A stretch of DNA of 21,695 nucleotides from Proteromonas lacertae (GCA_002245135.1 NGBS01000875.1:248001-269695); one strand, 5' to 3'. Positions 9,794 through 20,726 are shown, counted from the stretch's first letter. Numbers and translations: made by a program. The notes: a model not told the origin generated them from the sequence alone.

Positions 9794-10378
9794 ATGAGTG
9801 ATTTACAAAATGAACTCGATGTTAGTATTGAAAAACACTTACAAAAAGGTGAAATGTATGAGAATGATATGTCTGAAGTAAAATCATTAATCATTAAAGT
9901 ATTTAAGGATATGCTGGATGGTATGTATTCTGTGATTGAAGAGTATGAAGATGATCCAGAATGGAGTGAACAACCAGGTGATGATATTGATATAACAATG
10001 GAAGAAGAAGAAGTGAAGGAAGAAAAACAAAGTGAATCTAAATCTAAAAAAAGAAAGGATATAACAAAGTCAGATTCAGATTCACAAGTGTGTAGTACTT
10101 GTGGTAAGAAGAAAGCTAATGATGAATTTGGTTATAAGAGTGAAGGTGTATTCTATAAATCTTGTACAGAGTGTAGAAATAAGAAGAAGAGAAGATATGA
10201 AGAAGTAAAGAAAGGAAGTGATAATAGTGGAGAAGATAAGAAGCGTAAAGTAGAGAGTAGTTCTACCGCCGAGGGTCGACCAAAGGTAGATATTGCTAAA
10301 GTAGAAACACCTACAAGTTCTATCCCGGGGGTAGCTACAGTAGATCTAACTACATCACCTACTTGTATAATTAATTAA
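9794..10378 (+). CDS. Viral hypothetical protein with a CxxC-x20-CxxC zinc finger and basic NLS-like patches
   Basis: CSTCGKKKANDEFGYKSEGVFYKSCTECRNKKKRR; acidic N-terminal half. Confidence 0.75.
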   Translation: MSDLQNELDVSIEKHLQKGEMYENDMSEVKSLIIKVFKDMLDGMYSVIEEYEDDPEWSEQPGDDIDITMEEEEVKEEKQSESKSKKRKDITKSDSDSQVCSTCGKKKANDEFGYKSEGVFYKSCTECRNKKKRRYEEVKKGSDNSGEDKKRKVESSSTAEGRPKVDIAKVETPTSSIPGVATVDLTTSPTCIIN

Positions 10379-10441
10379 CTATGGTTTAAAATTCATTTTT
10401 GTATTTCTATACGTTTTTATATATAAATAATTTCACATAAT

Positions 10442-10825
10442 ATGTCATATAATACATCTTTAGTTATGTTAGGTGATATGAAAGATACTTTAAATGGTTT
10501 GAAACAAGAACTGTATATTTTATTAGGTTGTGTAGTTCTATGGGTTCTTTATAAATGCAAGAGAATATGTGCATGGTGTTATCATAAAGCCTGTCCTCCA
10601 GAATTAAGTGAAATATTAGCTGAGCCAGAACCTGCTGTTCAATTAGCATTAAGAAAATCTACTATTGTTTCTGCTATTCCATTTACTTTAACACCTGAAA
10701 ATAGTAGAATAAATTCTAGAAATGCTAGTGATAATGAAGATGAAGAGCAATTAGAAACAGAAATAGAAATTATTCCTATTAATAAACCTGAGATTGAAAT
10801 TCAAAAACCAATCATAAATATTTAA
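10442..10825 (+). CDS. Small viral single-pass membrane protein
   Basis: Hydrophobic LYILLGCVVLWVLY followed by basic, Cys-rich KCKRICAWCYHKAC and an acidic tail. Confidence 0.65.
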   Translation: MSYNTSLVMLGDMKDTLNGLKQELYILLGCVVLWVLYKCKRICAWCYHKACPPELSEILAEPEPAVQLALRKSTIVSAIPFTLTPENSRINSRNASDNEDEEQLETEIEIIPINKPEIEIQKPIINI

Positions 10826-11007
10826 TTTTATATATAGTCTTTTTTTCGTATTTGATTTTTGAAAGTTATTTTTTGTACCCCTTAAATATTACATAAAGAA
10901 AAACCGTTTTATTTTTCATTCACACTTTTCTTACTCATTTTCAGTATTTTATTTTTTTCATTTTTTTACTTTAATAGAAAATTAATTATTCAATCATTCA
11001 ATCAAAA

Positions 11008-12177
11008 ATGCCAGCAGACAGAGTCAAACAACCAACCAATTCAGAATTATGCTCCCAGCTCCCATTAAAGGGACAGGCTTATGAGTTCTATCAGAAAGTG
11101 AGTCGTAACATCCAGCATTTAAAGACATTTTGCGACGAAATGTATATTCAAAGTTTGGCTTATGATGACAGCAAAAAATCAAAGAAGAAGCAAAGTCCAC
11201 CACAATTCAACTATATCGAATTAGAGAAGTCAGCTACAGCAGTTTATTATTGCTTTTCATGTAAGTTTGATAATCAGAAGTTAATTCCCATTAAACATCT
11301 AGAGACATTAGATCAAAATGAGTATATGAATTTATACTTTAGTGACGATGAGATGAAGAGTATAGTAAAACCAAATGTAAAACCGATTAAACCTTTTATT
11401 CAACCTCAGTTAAAACAACAACAACCACAACAAGAACCACCACCACCAACTGTACCTCAAAAACCTAAAAGAGTTTATAAAAGAAGAACTGATACTGTAA
11501 AGAAACCTAAAACAAAAGTAGTTATTGATAGTGATGATGAATTAATTCATTTAAAGAAAAGAAAGATTGTTAAGGATTCTGATTTTGTTGACGAACCAAT
11601 GGGTATAATTGTGAAAGATAATGAATCAAGAACATCTGCTGATGATTTATTAAGTAGCCAAAGTCCTACCTTTACACCTCCAATGTCACCAAGGTCTGAT
11701 TCTACACTTCTTGATGTTACTGATATTGATATTCTGGATGCTGAATTGAAATATTTTAATGCTGAAATAACTAAAAAAGATGAAGAAAAACAAAAAGAGA
11801 TAGAAGAGAAAATTAAACATCAAGATGCAGAGAGAAAGAAACAAGAAGATGAAGAAAAAAAGAAAAAACAACAAGAAGAAGAAAGAGTTAGAAAAGTACA
11901 AGAAGAAGCAGAGAGAAAGAGAAAACAAGAAGAAGCAGAAAAGAAAAGAAAAGAAGAATTAGTTGTTATTAGAATGCTTCAAGAAGAAGAGAATATGAGA
12001 CAACAAGAAGAGTTAAGAAAGAAATGGGTATTAGAACAAAAGAGACAAATGGAAGAAAAGATGAAAAAAGAAAACGATGAATTAGAAAAGAAAATGGAAG
12101 AAGAGTTTAAGAAGAGAATAGAAGAAGAGAAAAGAAAGAAAGCTGAAGAGTTTGAGAAGATAATGAAGAACTTATAA
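11008..12177 (+). CDS. Viral hypothetical protein with a Pro/Gln linker and a C-terminal E/K/R-rich helix
   Basis: 389-aa ORF; C-terminal ~130 aa of AERKKQE/EEEKK-type repeats. Confidence 0.75.
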   Translation: MPADRVKQPTNSELCSQLPLKGQAYEFYQKVSRNIQHLKTFCDEMYIQSLAYDDSKKSKKKQSPPQFNYIELEKSATAVYYCFSCKFDNQKLIPIKHLETLDQNEYMNLYFSDDEMKSIVKPNVKPIKPFIQPQLKQQQPQQEPPPPTVPQKPKRVYKRRTDTVKKPKTKVVIDSDDELIHLKKRKIVKDSDFVDEPMGIIVKDNESRTSADDLLSSQSPTFTPPMSPRSDSTLLDVTDIDILDAELKYFNAEITKKDEEKQKEIEEKIKHQDAERKKQEDEEKKKKQQEEERVRKVQEEAERKRKQEEAEKKRKEELVVIRMLQEEENMRQQEELRKKWVLEQKRQMEEKMKKENDELEKKMEEEFKKRIEEEKRKKAEEFEKIMKNL

Positions 12178-12314
12178 GTATTAATATATACTTTAAATTT
12201 GTCTGGTTTATGCTTTAATCCATATACTTGAAAAAGCACTTTGAATTCATTACTTTGATAAAAATTGGTGTTTGTTTAATATGTAAAAAATAACATAAAT
12301 AAAAAACATAAAAA

Positions 12315-12845
12315 TTATACGAAATCATTAAATAGCGAATTTTTCTTATATACTCTACCATATCTACTTTTTCTACCTTCTGGTACTGGTTGAATATCTG
12401 GTTCTATAGGTTGTGCTTCATTATTTATACTATGAATTTGTCTTAATCTAAACTTGCCATTTGTTGTAATACTATTAACTGGTACTCTTTTTATTTCATG
12501 TGATTTGAATCTATATGAACCTATATCTCTAGGATTGAATTCTTTAGGTATTGTTCCATCCAAGTTCTTAACAGAATATGAAAACGGTCCAACTTTGTGT
12601 ATTTGGTATACTTTATCTGTATAATAAGTAGTTTTTTGAAGTTTGTTATCTCTACGTTCTTTTATTCTGACAAAATCATCAGCTTTAAAATGAGTATCAC
12701 TTTTACGCTTCTTTAAGTTTCTAGCATGGGATTCTTTATACAATCTATCTTGGACTTCAAAATCATTGAATACTTCATTTGGAGTTAGATTATTCAGTGC
12801 AGAATGTGGTTTTGCATTGTAATCATCTACAACAGTATATACTAT
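12315..12845 (-). pseudogene. C-terminal half of a Polinton-type retroviral-like (rve) integrase; catalytic DDE core absent
   Basis: VVDDYNAKPHSALNNLTPNEV matches the YNxxxHS..TP end of the rve core; FKADDFVRI..VYQI..YSVKNLDG..EIKRV matches the SH3-like C-terminal domain. Upstream codons are antisense to pPolB. Confidence 0.85.
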
Positions 12846-12851
12846 AGAAAA

Positions 12852-15764
12852 ATGATAGATAAAAAGAATAATACTAATAATATATTTGTGTGTCCATATT
12901 GTCTCTTCTATACTTACGATGATGGATCCTTTAATAGCCACCAAATATATGACTGTCAAGATAAAGAGAATGTATTAAGATTATTCCCTGATAAAGATGA
13001 TAAAGAAAAATCATACTTAAAATTTAGACATTGGACTCACCTCCAAACATTGCCAGTTGTTATGTATTATGATACTGAAACTTATTTTGTACCTTATGAT
13101 AATGAATTGAATTTAAGTAGATATAAATCTATGGAAGAAATAGATAATAATGATACTAGAATAGAATTATCAAAAACTGAGCAATCTATTATGGCTAGGC
13201 ATAAGCTTTATTCCTACTGTATCTATGTAGATAGTAAAATACCAGATATAAATAGTTTTACTGTGATTAAATATAAACAAAATGAGGATCATAATATTGA
13301 AAATGATTTTGTATTGGATATATTAAATATATATGATCAAATATGTACAGTTTACAATTATAGACTAAATAATCCTAAACCTTTTGATGGAGATGAAATA
13401 GCTAAGGATATACATAATAAAAAGAGAAAATGTGACTTTTGTGGTAAACCATTTAATTCTATTGATCATGTAAAGGTACTTCACCATGATCATTTCACAG
13501 GTCATTATATTGCTTCAATTGGTAGTAATGAGAATCTAAATATTGATATAAAAAAATTAAAAGTACCAATAATAGGTCATAATGCTATGAAATATGATCA
13601 GCATTTCATAGTAAAGGAATTAGCCAAATTTGCTGCAATAACTAATAGTCCACTCAATATTATACCTAATACAGATGAAAACTATAAGTGTATACAATAC
13701 AAGAATTTGGTGTTTATTGATAGTTATTTATTCTTAGCAGGTTCTTTAGCAAATTTAACTAGTGATCTAAAAATTACAGCAGAATTAAATAATACTAAGA
13801 AAGAAAAATTCAAAACAATTTATGAGAATTTTAAAGAATATAATGGACATTACCTAGATGATGAAAATATTGAAAAATACTTACTTCAAAAGAATTATTT
13901 TCCATATGAGCATATGACATCTCTTGAAGCTTTTGAAGAAAATTTCAAAGATCTTACTATAGATGATTTTAAGTCTAAATTGAATGATAATGAAACTATT
14001 AAACCTGAGGAATTTGATTTTGCTATGGAAGTAAATCAAATATTTGGATTTGATAATATACGTGAATACAATTTATTTTACTTGAAAATTGATGTTTATA
14101 TTCTTCAGTCTATATTTAATGATTTTAGAGATAATATATTTGATACTTTTCACATAGATCCTTGTTGGTATATTTCATTACCCAGTTTATCACTTGATTT
14201 ATTCTTACATGTATCTGATGTGGAACTTAAATTATTTTGTGAACCTGAATACTATGATTTTATATTGAATGGTTTATACGGTGGATTATCATATATTGGT
14301 AAGCGTAAGGAAGATGCAAATAACAAATTTATGAAAAATTATGATGAAACTTTACCTAGTAAATTCTTATTATATCAAGACTATAATTCTTTATACCCTT
14401 CAGTTATGGCTTCTTGTAAAATGCCTTTAGATGACTTTGAATTTATTGATCCAAATTCTATTACATTAGAAAGTATACTTGATTTACCCTATTATGAAGA
14501 AATGGATCAAGATAGATTAGAGAATAATGATTTTGGTTATATATTAGAAGTTGATATCGAGTTACCTATAGAACTACAAGACAAGTTTAAAGAATACCCA
14601 TTACTACCTGAAAGGAAGAAAATACCTAAAGAATGGTTATCTGATATACAAACTGAAAGAGCTGAAAATCTTGGTATTATACATAAAGAAAGAGGTACTT
14701 ACCATGCTACTGAGAAATTAATAACTGATTTGTATCCTAAAGAAAAATATATAATACACTACCAAAATTTGAAGTTTGCAGTTGAACATGGCTATAAAGT
14801 GGGTAAAGTGTACAGAATAATGAGATTTACTGAAGGTCTATATATGGGTAAATATATTAATACTATGGTACAAAAAAGAGTCCAAGCTAAAGAAAACAAT
14901 CAAAATACTACTGCAGACTATATAAAGAAATTAATGAATAGTTTATACGGTAAATTTATGGAACGTGTTGAAAAGAGAAGTAACATATCTTTAATTACTA
15001 ATGAAGATCAAATGATTAATGCTGCAAGTGATCCATGGTTTAAAGACTTTATCATTATTGAAGGTGATTTAAGAATTGCACATTTTCATAAGAAGCTATA
15101 TGAAATTAATAAACCTATACAAATTGGAATGGTTATCTTAGCACTGTCTAAACTCAAAATGCAAAAATATTGGTATGATGTATTAGATAAAAAATATGGA
15201 TCTGATAAGCTAACACTATGTATGACTGATACTGATAGTTTACTTTTCTCAGTTGAAACTAATGATATTTTTGAAGACTTAGAGGATCCTATCTTTAATA
15301 ATTGGATTGATGGAAGTAACTTGAAAAATCCCTATTTAGAAAATTATAAGTTAGATATACATAGAGCTGTTCATTCAGGTACATTGAATCGATTAAAATT
15401 TGAAGAACAGGATAAGAATAATGTAAACCTGTATGTTATAACAAAGTTTATAGGATTAAAATCAAAGTGCTATATATACGAAAAGGAGAAAGTGAATGAT
15501 GAATCTGATAATAATACAAATAGTGACAATCGTTGTAAAGGTATTAATGTGAAAGTTTCTAGAAAAATAACTTATGACATATATAATGATTTTGTTGAAG
15601 GTGCTAGTAAAAGTCAAAAATATGAAGTATGTCAAATCAAATCAATACATCATAATGTTTATACAACAGTACAAAACAAAACTGGCTTAACCTATTATGA
15701 TGATAAAAGATATTTTTTTGATAAATACAATACATTGCCATATGGATATAAAAATAATAATTAA
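12852..15764 (+). CDS. polB: Protein-primed family B DNA polymerase (pPolB), probably N-terminally truncated
   Basis: CPYC..H...C zinc finger, exo I YDTET, CDFC..HHDHFTG insertion, exo II HNAMKYD, exo III YLKID, polymerase motifs DYNSLYP, KKLMNSLYGK, TDTDS, and C-terminal DDKRY..TLPYGY. Start placed at ATG 12852. Confidence 0.95.
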   Translation: MIDKKNNTNNIFVCPYCLFYTYDDGSFNSHQIYDCQDKENVLRLFPDKDDKEKSYLKFRHWTHLQTLPVVMYYDTETYFVPYDNELNLSRYKSMEEIDNNDTRIELSKTEQSIMARHKLYSYCIYVDSKIPDINSFTVIKYKQNEDHNIENDFVLDILNIYDQICTVYNYRLNNPKPFDGDEIAKDIHNKKRKCDFCGKPFNSIDHVKVLHHDHFTGHYIASIGSNENLNIDIKKLKVPIIGHNAMKYDQHFIVKELAKFAAITNSPLNIIPNTDENYKCIQYKNLVFIDSYLFLAGSLANLTSDLKITAELNNTKKEKFKTIYENFKEYNGHYLDDENIEKYLLQKNYFPYEHMTSLEAFEENFKDLTIDDFKSKLNDNETIKPEEFDFAMEVNQIFGFDNIREYNLFYLKIDVYILQSIFNDFRDNIFDTFHIDPCWYISLPSLSLDLFLHVSDVELKLFCEPEYYDFILNGLYGGLSYIGKRKEDANNKFMKNYDETLPSKFLLYQDYNSLYPSVMASCKMPLDDFEFIDPNSITLESILDLPYYEEMDQDRLENNDFGYILEVDIELPIELQDKFKEYPLLPERKKIPKEWLSDIQTERAENLGIIHKERGTYHATEKLITDLYPKEKYIIHYQNLKFAVEHGYKVGKVYRIMRFTEGLYMGKYINTMVQKRVQAKENNQNTTADYIKKLMNSLYGKFMERVEKRSNISLITNEDQMINAASDPWFKDFIIIEGDLRIAHFHKKLYEINKPIQIGMVILALSKLKMQKYWYDVLDKKYGSDKLTLCMTDTDSLLFSVETNDIFEDLEDPIFNNWIDGSNLKNPYLENYKLDIHRAVHSGTLNRLKFEEQDKNNVNLYVITKFIGLKSKCYIYEKEKVNDESDNNTNSDNRCKGINVKVSRKITYDIYNDFVEGASKSQKYEVCQIKSIHHNVYTTVQNKTGLTYYDDKRYFFDKYNTLPYGYKNNN

Positions 15765-15790
15765 TTAATACTTATATATTTATTTTTCTT

Positions 15791-18700
15791 TTAAAATACT
15801 GCCACCTCTTCATATTGAGGTACAAATTGAGGTACATTTGCAGCTACAATAAATTTTGAGCCATATTGTGGTGTTTGTTGACTATATTTTCTTGCTTTTT
15901 GTGGTATAACATGAAAAGTGTTATCGTATGGATTAATATATTCATCACTAAACTTTTCAGTTTTTATAGAATCTGCCATTCTATTTAATCTTGTTTTCAC
16001 TGAATTTATAATATTTTCTCTCACATTTTCTCTTCTTCTCATTCTATTAGTAGTTCTATTCATATCTAAATCTTTATTTACTGTACTACGTTCTATATTT
16101 TTTATTATTGCCTTACGTCTCTCTATAAACTTCCTCACTTGATTATAAGTTAAGGTATTTGCATCAAAATTTGGATGTTCTTCTGGTCTATTACTGTGTT
16201 CATCATTATATTTTTTCAGATTATCAAAATACTTGTTTATTCTTTTCAATTTATCGCTAATAGTTTCTTTATTTGGAGCAACCTTAATTTCATCTGATTG
16301 TGTTTCCTCCACGTTTGGTATAATACTATTAGTTTGTTGTTGTTGTATTAATTCAGGATTGACTATATCTGTATTAACAGGAGCTGGTACAACTAAATCT
16401 AAAGTTGGTTCATTATATACTAAATCATTTGTTATAGGATATTGCACTACTCCTAAATCATCATAAGATGGTTTATTTGCATTATTCATTACATTTGCTA
16501 ATTGAGCAGCATATACTGATTTTTTCTTCTTCCATTCGTTTTAATATTTGTTGCATGTTATTTTGATATGTTAAATCATTTCCTTTAAGAGCTTTGATTG
16601 CTTCATTCTTTATAAATTCTATTTCATTTTGTTGATTTTGTATAGTATTTCGTCCAGCTTCTAAAGTATTATTTAATTGTGCTTGCAATGTTTTATTTTG
16701 CTCTACACTTGTATTATATAGCTGCTGTTGTTCTTGTAATTGCTGCATATATTTATTCATTTCTACTTGAAGCTTCATTTGCATCTCCTCCAATTGTGCA
16801 TTATCTTTTGCTTTAGTATTTTGTAATTCCTCTGATATAGCATCATAACTTTGTTTAAGACTAGCTAAATTCTTTTCAGCTTGTTCATGATTCATTTTTA
16901 GTGTCAATACTTCATTTTCTCTTAAAGCTAATTTTTCATTCACTGTATTGAATTGAATTAAATTTTGTTCTTTTTCTGTATTTATTTCATCAATTCTATT
17001 CCTTAATATTGCTAAATTTTGTTCCACTTCTTGTTTACTGAATGGATAATCTTCTTTATATGTAGTATAATCAGTTTCAATTTTTGATTTTATTTCTTTT
17101 AATGCATATAATTCTTTATCTTTATCATTTAAACTTTGCACATATTGAGTTTTGAGACTTTCAGCATTGCTTAAAGCAATATTTAATTGTTTAGTATTTT
17201 CTTTATTTGCATTTTTTAACTCCTCATTCTGATGTCTTAATTCTTTAATTTGTTTTTCATATAATTCTTTGAGGTCATGCAAATCTGTATTATTCTTATT
17301 CTCTTTTTGTGAAAGTGTTACTTTTAATTTTTCATATAAATCTTCTTTTATTTTTAATTGATACTTGTTTGTTTCAAATAGGTTTTTGATTTCTTCTTTG
17401 TCTAGTTTTAAACGATCAACCATATCTCTGTAAGATGTTCTTTCAGTAATTAAATTATCTCTCTCTGTTGTTATTGATTTTAATGCATTTTCTAATGCTA
17501 TTTTTTCTTGTTTTGCTATATTTAATTGACTTTCTTTAGCAATCAATTCAAGTTCCTTATCTTTTATTCTTTGTTTCATTTGAACCAGATATAGCTCCGC
17601 TAGTAGGATCATTATCTTTTCTGAAATTATTATATTCGTTATATAAATCATTAAATTCTTTTGCTTTTTTTCTTTCATTTGTTTTAGCAGCTTCTAAATC
17701 CATCTTTAAACTTTGTATTTCATTTTGATAATTGGATATATCTGATTTCATTGTATTTATTTCATTTGCATATGCTGTGTTTTGAGTAGATAATGTATTA
17801 ACTTGTAATCCTAAATCTTGTTTTTCTTTATCTAAATCACTTACCCTAGATTGATAATTTACATTTTCTTGTTGCAAATCAAGTATATCATTTTGATATT
17901 TAATGTTTTGATTATTTAAATTTGTTACAGCAGTTTGTAGATCATTTATTTTTTTCTGTAATGCTATTTCTGCTGTTTCATATTGACCTAATTTAGTTGC
18001 AGCTAAATCATATTTTAATTTTGCTGGCCTGTAAATCACTTGTAACTTGATCTGCTTTTGATTTATTTGCTTTTATCATTTTTTCATAAAATTCTCGTTG
18101 TTCTACACTATTTTTATTTACTCGATTAAATTCAGCTATTTTATCTGCCACTTCTTTCTTTAAATTATTTACATTAGCATTTGCTAGTCTTAATTCATTT
18201 TCTAAATTGTCTACTTTTTTTCTATACTGTTCCGCTTTACCAGAATATTTAGCTAATTGGTTTTTTAATTTATTCATTTCAACAGATGAACTCGAAGGTA
18301 TACTACTTACTGGCTGGTGGAGGTGGTGGTGGAGGAGGAGGTGAACCTCTAGGCGAACCAGGTGGAGATGGAGGTGGTGAAGAAGATGATGGATTAAAGC
18401 CAGGTATACGTCCTCTTGAAAATAATACTTTATTAGATGATGATGCTGAATTAACAGGTATAGCACCAGGTAATGATACAGCACTCATACCATCATCTGA
18501 TGGACCTCCCATACCTGGTATTGCAGACATAGAACCACTAAAACCTGATGGCAATGCCAAATCCACTTAAATCTGATGCACCAGGACCGCTACTGCTACC
18601 TGCAGGTGGAGGTGGTATGTAGGCACTTCTTCCTACTCCTACTCCTCCTCCCGGGGGTGGGGGTGGACCTGGGGGACGGAAGCTACTACCTGGTGCAGCA

Positions 18701-19305
18701 CCTGGTGGTGGTGGTGGACCACGTGGACGAGGAGGTAATGGTGGAGGCATAGCTCCTCTTCTACTACTATTATATATGTTAGAGATGCCTCCGTTTAGCT
18801 AATTCATTTGCAATAGCTACTGCTAAATCACCATTTGTACTACCTCCTCCACCAGGTATAGAAGGCATAACGTTTTTGATATAAGCTAAGTTATCACTTA
18901 CACTTTTATAACTATCATAAGGTAATGACTTTAACAGTGCTGATTGAACTGGTCCAAAAAATGCATCTCTGTTTTTAGCTGTAATTTGACCAGTTTTTAA
19001 TGCATCATAATAACTTTGTAATGCTAACTTCTTTTCTTTGGATAATGATTTATCTGCTAACAAAATTGGAAGCATTTTCAAATCATTTTGCGTTGCTACT
19101 TGATCCATATTGAAACTACTATAAGCTGCTTCTCTCATTTTATTTCGCATAACACTTTCTTCATCAACTCTAACACCTACTGATTTGCTTATTTTCTTTT
19201 TTAAAGCTTTGTTAAAACGATTTACTTTAGCTCTTCTTTAATACGTTTTAATAACTGTTTTGTTAAAACATTTTTTATGTTCTTTTTATTTTTGGGTTTT
19301 GACAT
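15791..19305 (-). CDS. Large (~1169 aa reconstructed) viral protein: basic N-terminus, Pro/Gly-rich region, long coiled coil; interrupted by 7 single-base frameshifts
   Basis: The MSKPKNKK start at 19305 and ORFs 18779-19150, 18538-18750, 18303-18566, 18008-18484, 17557-18039, 16482-17678 and 15791-16489 join through 1-nt indels near 19238, 18795, 18565, 18314, 18020, 17583 and 16522. Corrected length 3510 nt, divisible by 3. Confidence 0.75.
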
Positions 19306-19367
19306 AATATAATAACAAAAATAAATATATTGAAATATATAAAGAATTTAATGAATATAAATTTTAA

Positions 19368-19832
19368 TTAAAAATAAACTGGCATCACAGCATTGTCACC
19401 AGGCATAGGTGCATCTGGTGGAGGTATTTTTAAACCACTACCATTACTTTGTTTTGTTTGTGCAAATGGATCACTATCACCTGGTAACCTAATTGATTTT
19501 GATTTTTGTGTTTGTTGTTGTTGTTGTTGTTGCTCTAAATAAATATTATCTGATTCTTGTTTGTTTTTTAACTTATTCATTCTTGCTTCCCTTGCTTTGG
19601 CTAGATTTTCAGCTCTTTTCTTTCTTGTCTCTTCGCTTAATTTAGAATTAGATGATGGAGTAGCTCTATCATTACTATGATTTAAGTTATATAACAATTC
19701 TGCAATTTGTCTATCAGTTTTACTCATATCTCTAGCTAATGGAGTATCATAGCCATAATAATCATCATCAGAAGATGAGGATGAATCATCATAGTAATCT
19801 CTAGTGTATCTGCTATAACGATTGTTATACAT
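19368..19832 (-). CDS. Viral low-complexity hypothetical protein (Tyr/Asp/Ser N-terminus, basic helix, poly-Gln, GSG motif)
   Basis: ATG at 19832 (MYNNRYSR), 31 nt downstream of the conserved 20-bp motif; KKRAENLAKAREARMNK helix. Confidence 0.7.
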   Translation of the reverse strand: MYNNRYSRYTRDYYDDSSSSSDDDYYGYDTPLARDMSKTDRQIAELLYNLNHSNDRATPSSNSKLSEETRKKRAENLAKAREARMNKLKNKQESDNIYLEQQQQQQQTQKSKSIRLPGDSDPFAQTKQSNGSGLKIPPPDAPMPGDNAVMPVYF

Positions 19833-19862
19833 TATGTTATTATTAAATATATAAAAAAACAA

Positions 19863-19882
19863 TAAGAATTTATCAAATGAAT
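19863..19882 (-). promoter_or_regulatory. Candidate viral promoter motif ATTCATTTGATAAATTCTTA
   Basis: Identical 20-mer at 20687-20706; variants at 19342-19356 (-) and 20711-20726 (+). Each lies 17-37 nt upstream of an ATG. Confidence 0.65.
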
Positions 19883-19922
19883 AATAAAATCAATAACAAA
19901 GTTTATGTTGTTAACTTGTAAG

Positions 19923-20651
19923 CTAAAAGCTTTGTAAACTGTTTTGTGGATTGTATAAACCTCTATGGTTAAATCCACAAGGTTTAGCTAAACCATTTAA
20001 AATAGGCCTATTGCTAGGAGGTTTAGTGATAGCTATACTATGTATTCTCTTAGCACCACCATTCATTGCTAATTTTAGTCCACCATTTTGTCTAAGTCTT
20101 AAGCCACCCCTATGTCTTCTTCTACGTTTACCATAACCATAGTTACTAGCAGTGGAACTAATGTTATTTGCTATGTTACCTATTTTATTAAAACCTAATT
20201 TTGTTGCAATGTCACCTACTTTACCTGATATATTACTAATATATTTCTTATCTTTTAAAGTGTTATTTATTTCTTTAGCTTTCTCAATACCTCTTGTAAT
20301 ATTGTCTTTTGTGGCTATTTTTCTTATTTTATTCCATCCTTTCTTAAACAAACTACCTAAACCAGCTCCCTTCCGTTTTCTAGTATGAAATGAAACAACT
20401 TTACCAGATTTTGTCCTAAACTTAACAGTTCCACCACCAGTCATAGATGAAGTATCACCTAAGAATCTACCATCAGGTGTAAATTGTGACATTCTAGTAA
20501 CTCTATGTCTTGCAACTCTACCTCTACGTCTTCTCTTACCATATCCCATATTCTCTATACTGCTGCTGATAACTGGTCCAGCAAAAGGTATTAAGCTAGC
20601 TGCACCTGATAGAATTTTAGATTTTTTTAACCAATCTTTAAACTTACCCAT
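19923..20651 (-). CDS. Highly basic core/DNA-condensing protein precursor (adenovirus pVII/pX-like analogue)
   Basis: Arg/Lys/Gly-rich; two GYGKRRRR units plus MTGGG, KGAGL, RGGL, NGGL and MNGGA, resembling adenain cleavage sites; adjacent to the protease. Confidence 0.75.
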   Translation of the reverse strand: MGKFKDWLKKSKILSGAASLIPFAGPVISSSIENMGYGKRRRRGRVARHRVTRMSQFTPDGRFLGDTSSMTGGGTVKFRTKSGKVVSFHTRKRKGAGLGSLFKKGWNKIRKIATKDNITRGIEKAKEINNTLKDKKYISNISGKVGDIATKLGFNKIGNIANNISSTASNYGYGKRRRRHRGGLRLRQNGGLKLAMNGGAKRIHSIAITKPPSNRPILNGLAKPCGFNHRGLYNPQNSLQSF

Positions 20652-20686
20652 TAATTAAATAACATATAAAAATATATTAAAAACGT

Positions 20687-20726
20687 TAAGAATTTATCAA
20701 ATGAATTGATATTCAATAAATTCTTA
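20687..20726. promoter_or_regulatory. Candidate bidirectional promoter between the core protein and the protease
   Basis: TAAGAATTTAT 20687-20697 and ATAAATTCTTA 20716-20726 form a perfect 11-bp inverted pair, one copy facing each divergent gene. Confidence 0.6.

Noticed and set aside
11686..12239. Phe/Ser-rich minus-strand ORFs
   Set aside because: They are antisense shadows of the GAA/AAA-rich E/K helix gene.
12842..12874. A 33-nt GTATTATT...CTATAG host-like intron on the minus strand ending exactly where integrase similarity begins
   Set aside because: The upstream 'exon' has no integrase motifs and is antisense to the pPolB zinc finger, and no DDE exon is visible in the window. Such sites arise easily in AT-rich DNA.
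18286..18570. Gly-rich plus-strand ORF (also ORFs at 15918, 16233, 19951, 20152, 7786, 8334)
   Set aside because: They are antisense to better-supported genes.
15791..19305. Programmed frameshifting or RNA editing as the explanation for the split gene
   Set aside because: The shifts go in both directions, share no slippery motif, and similar indels hit the protease and the last gene. Sequencing error or decay is simpler.
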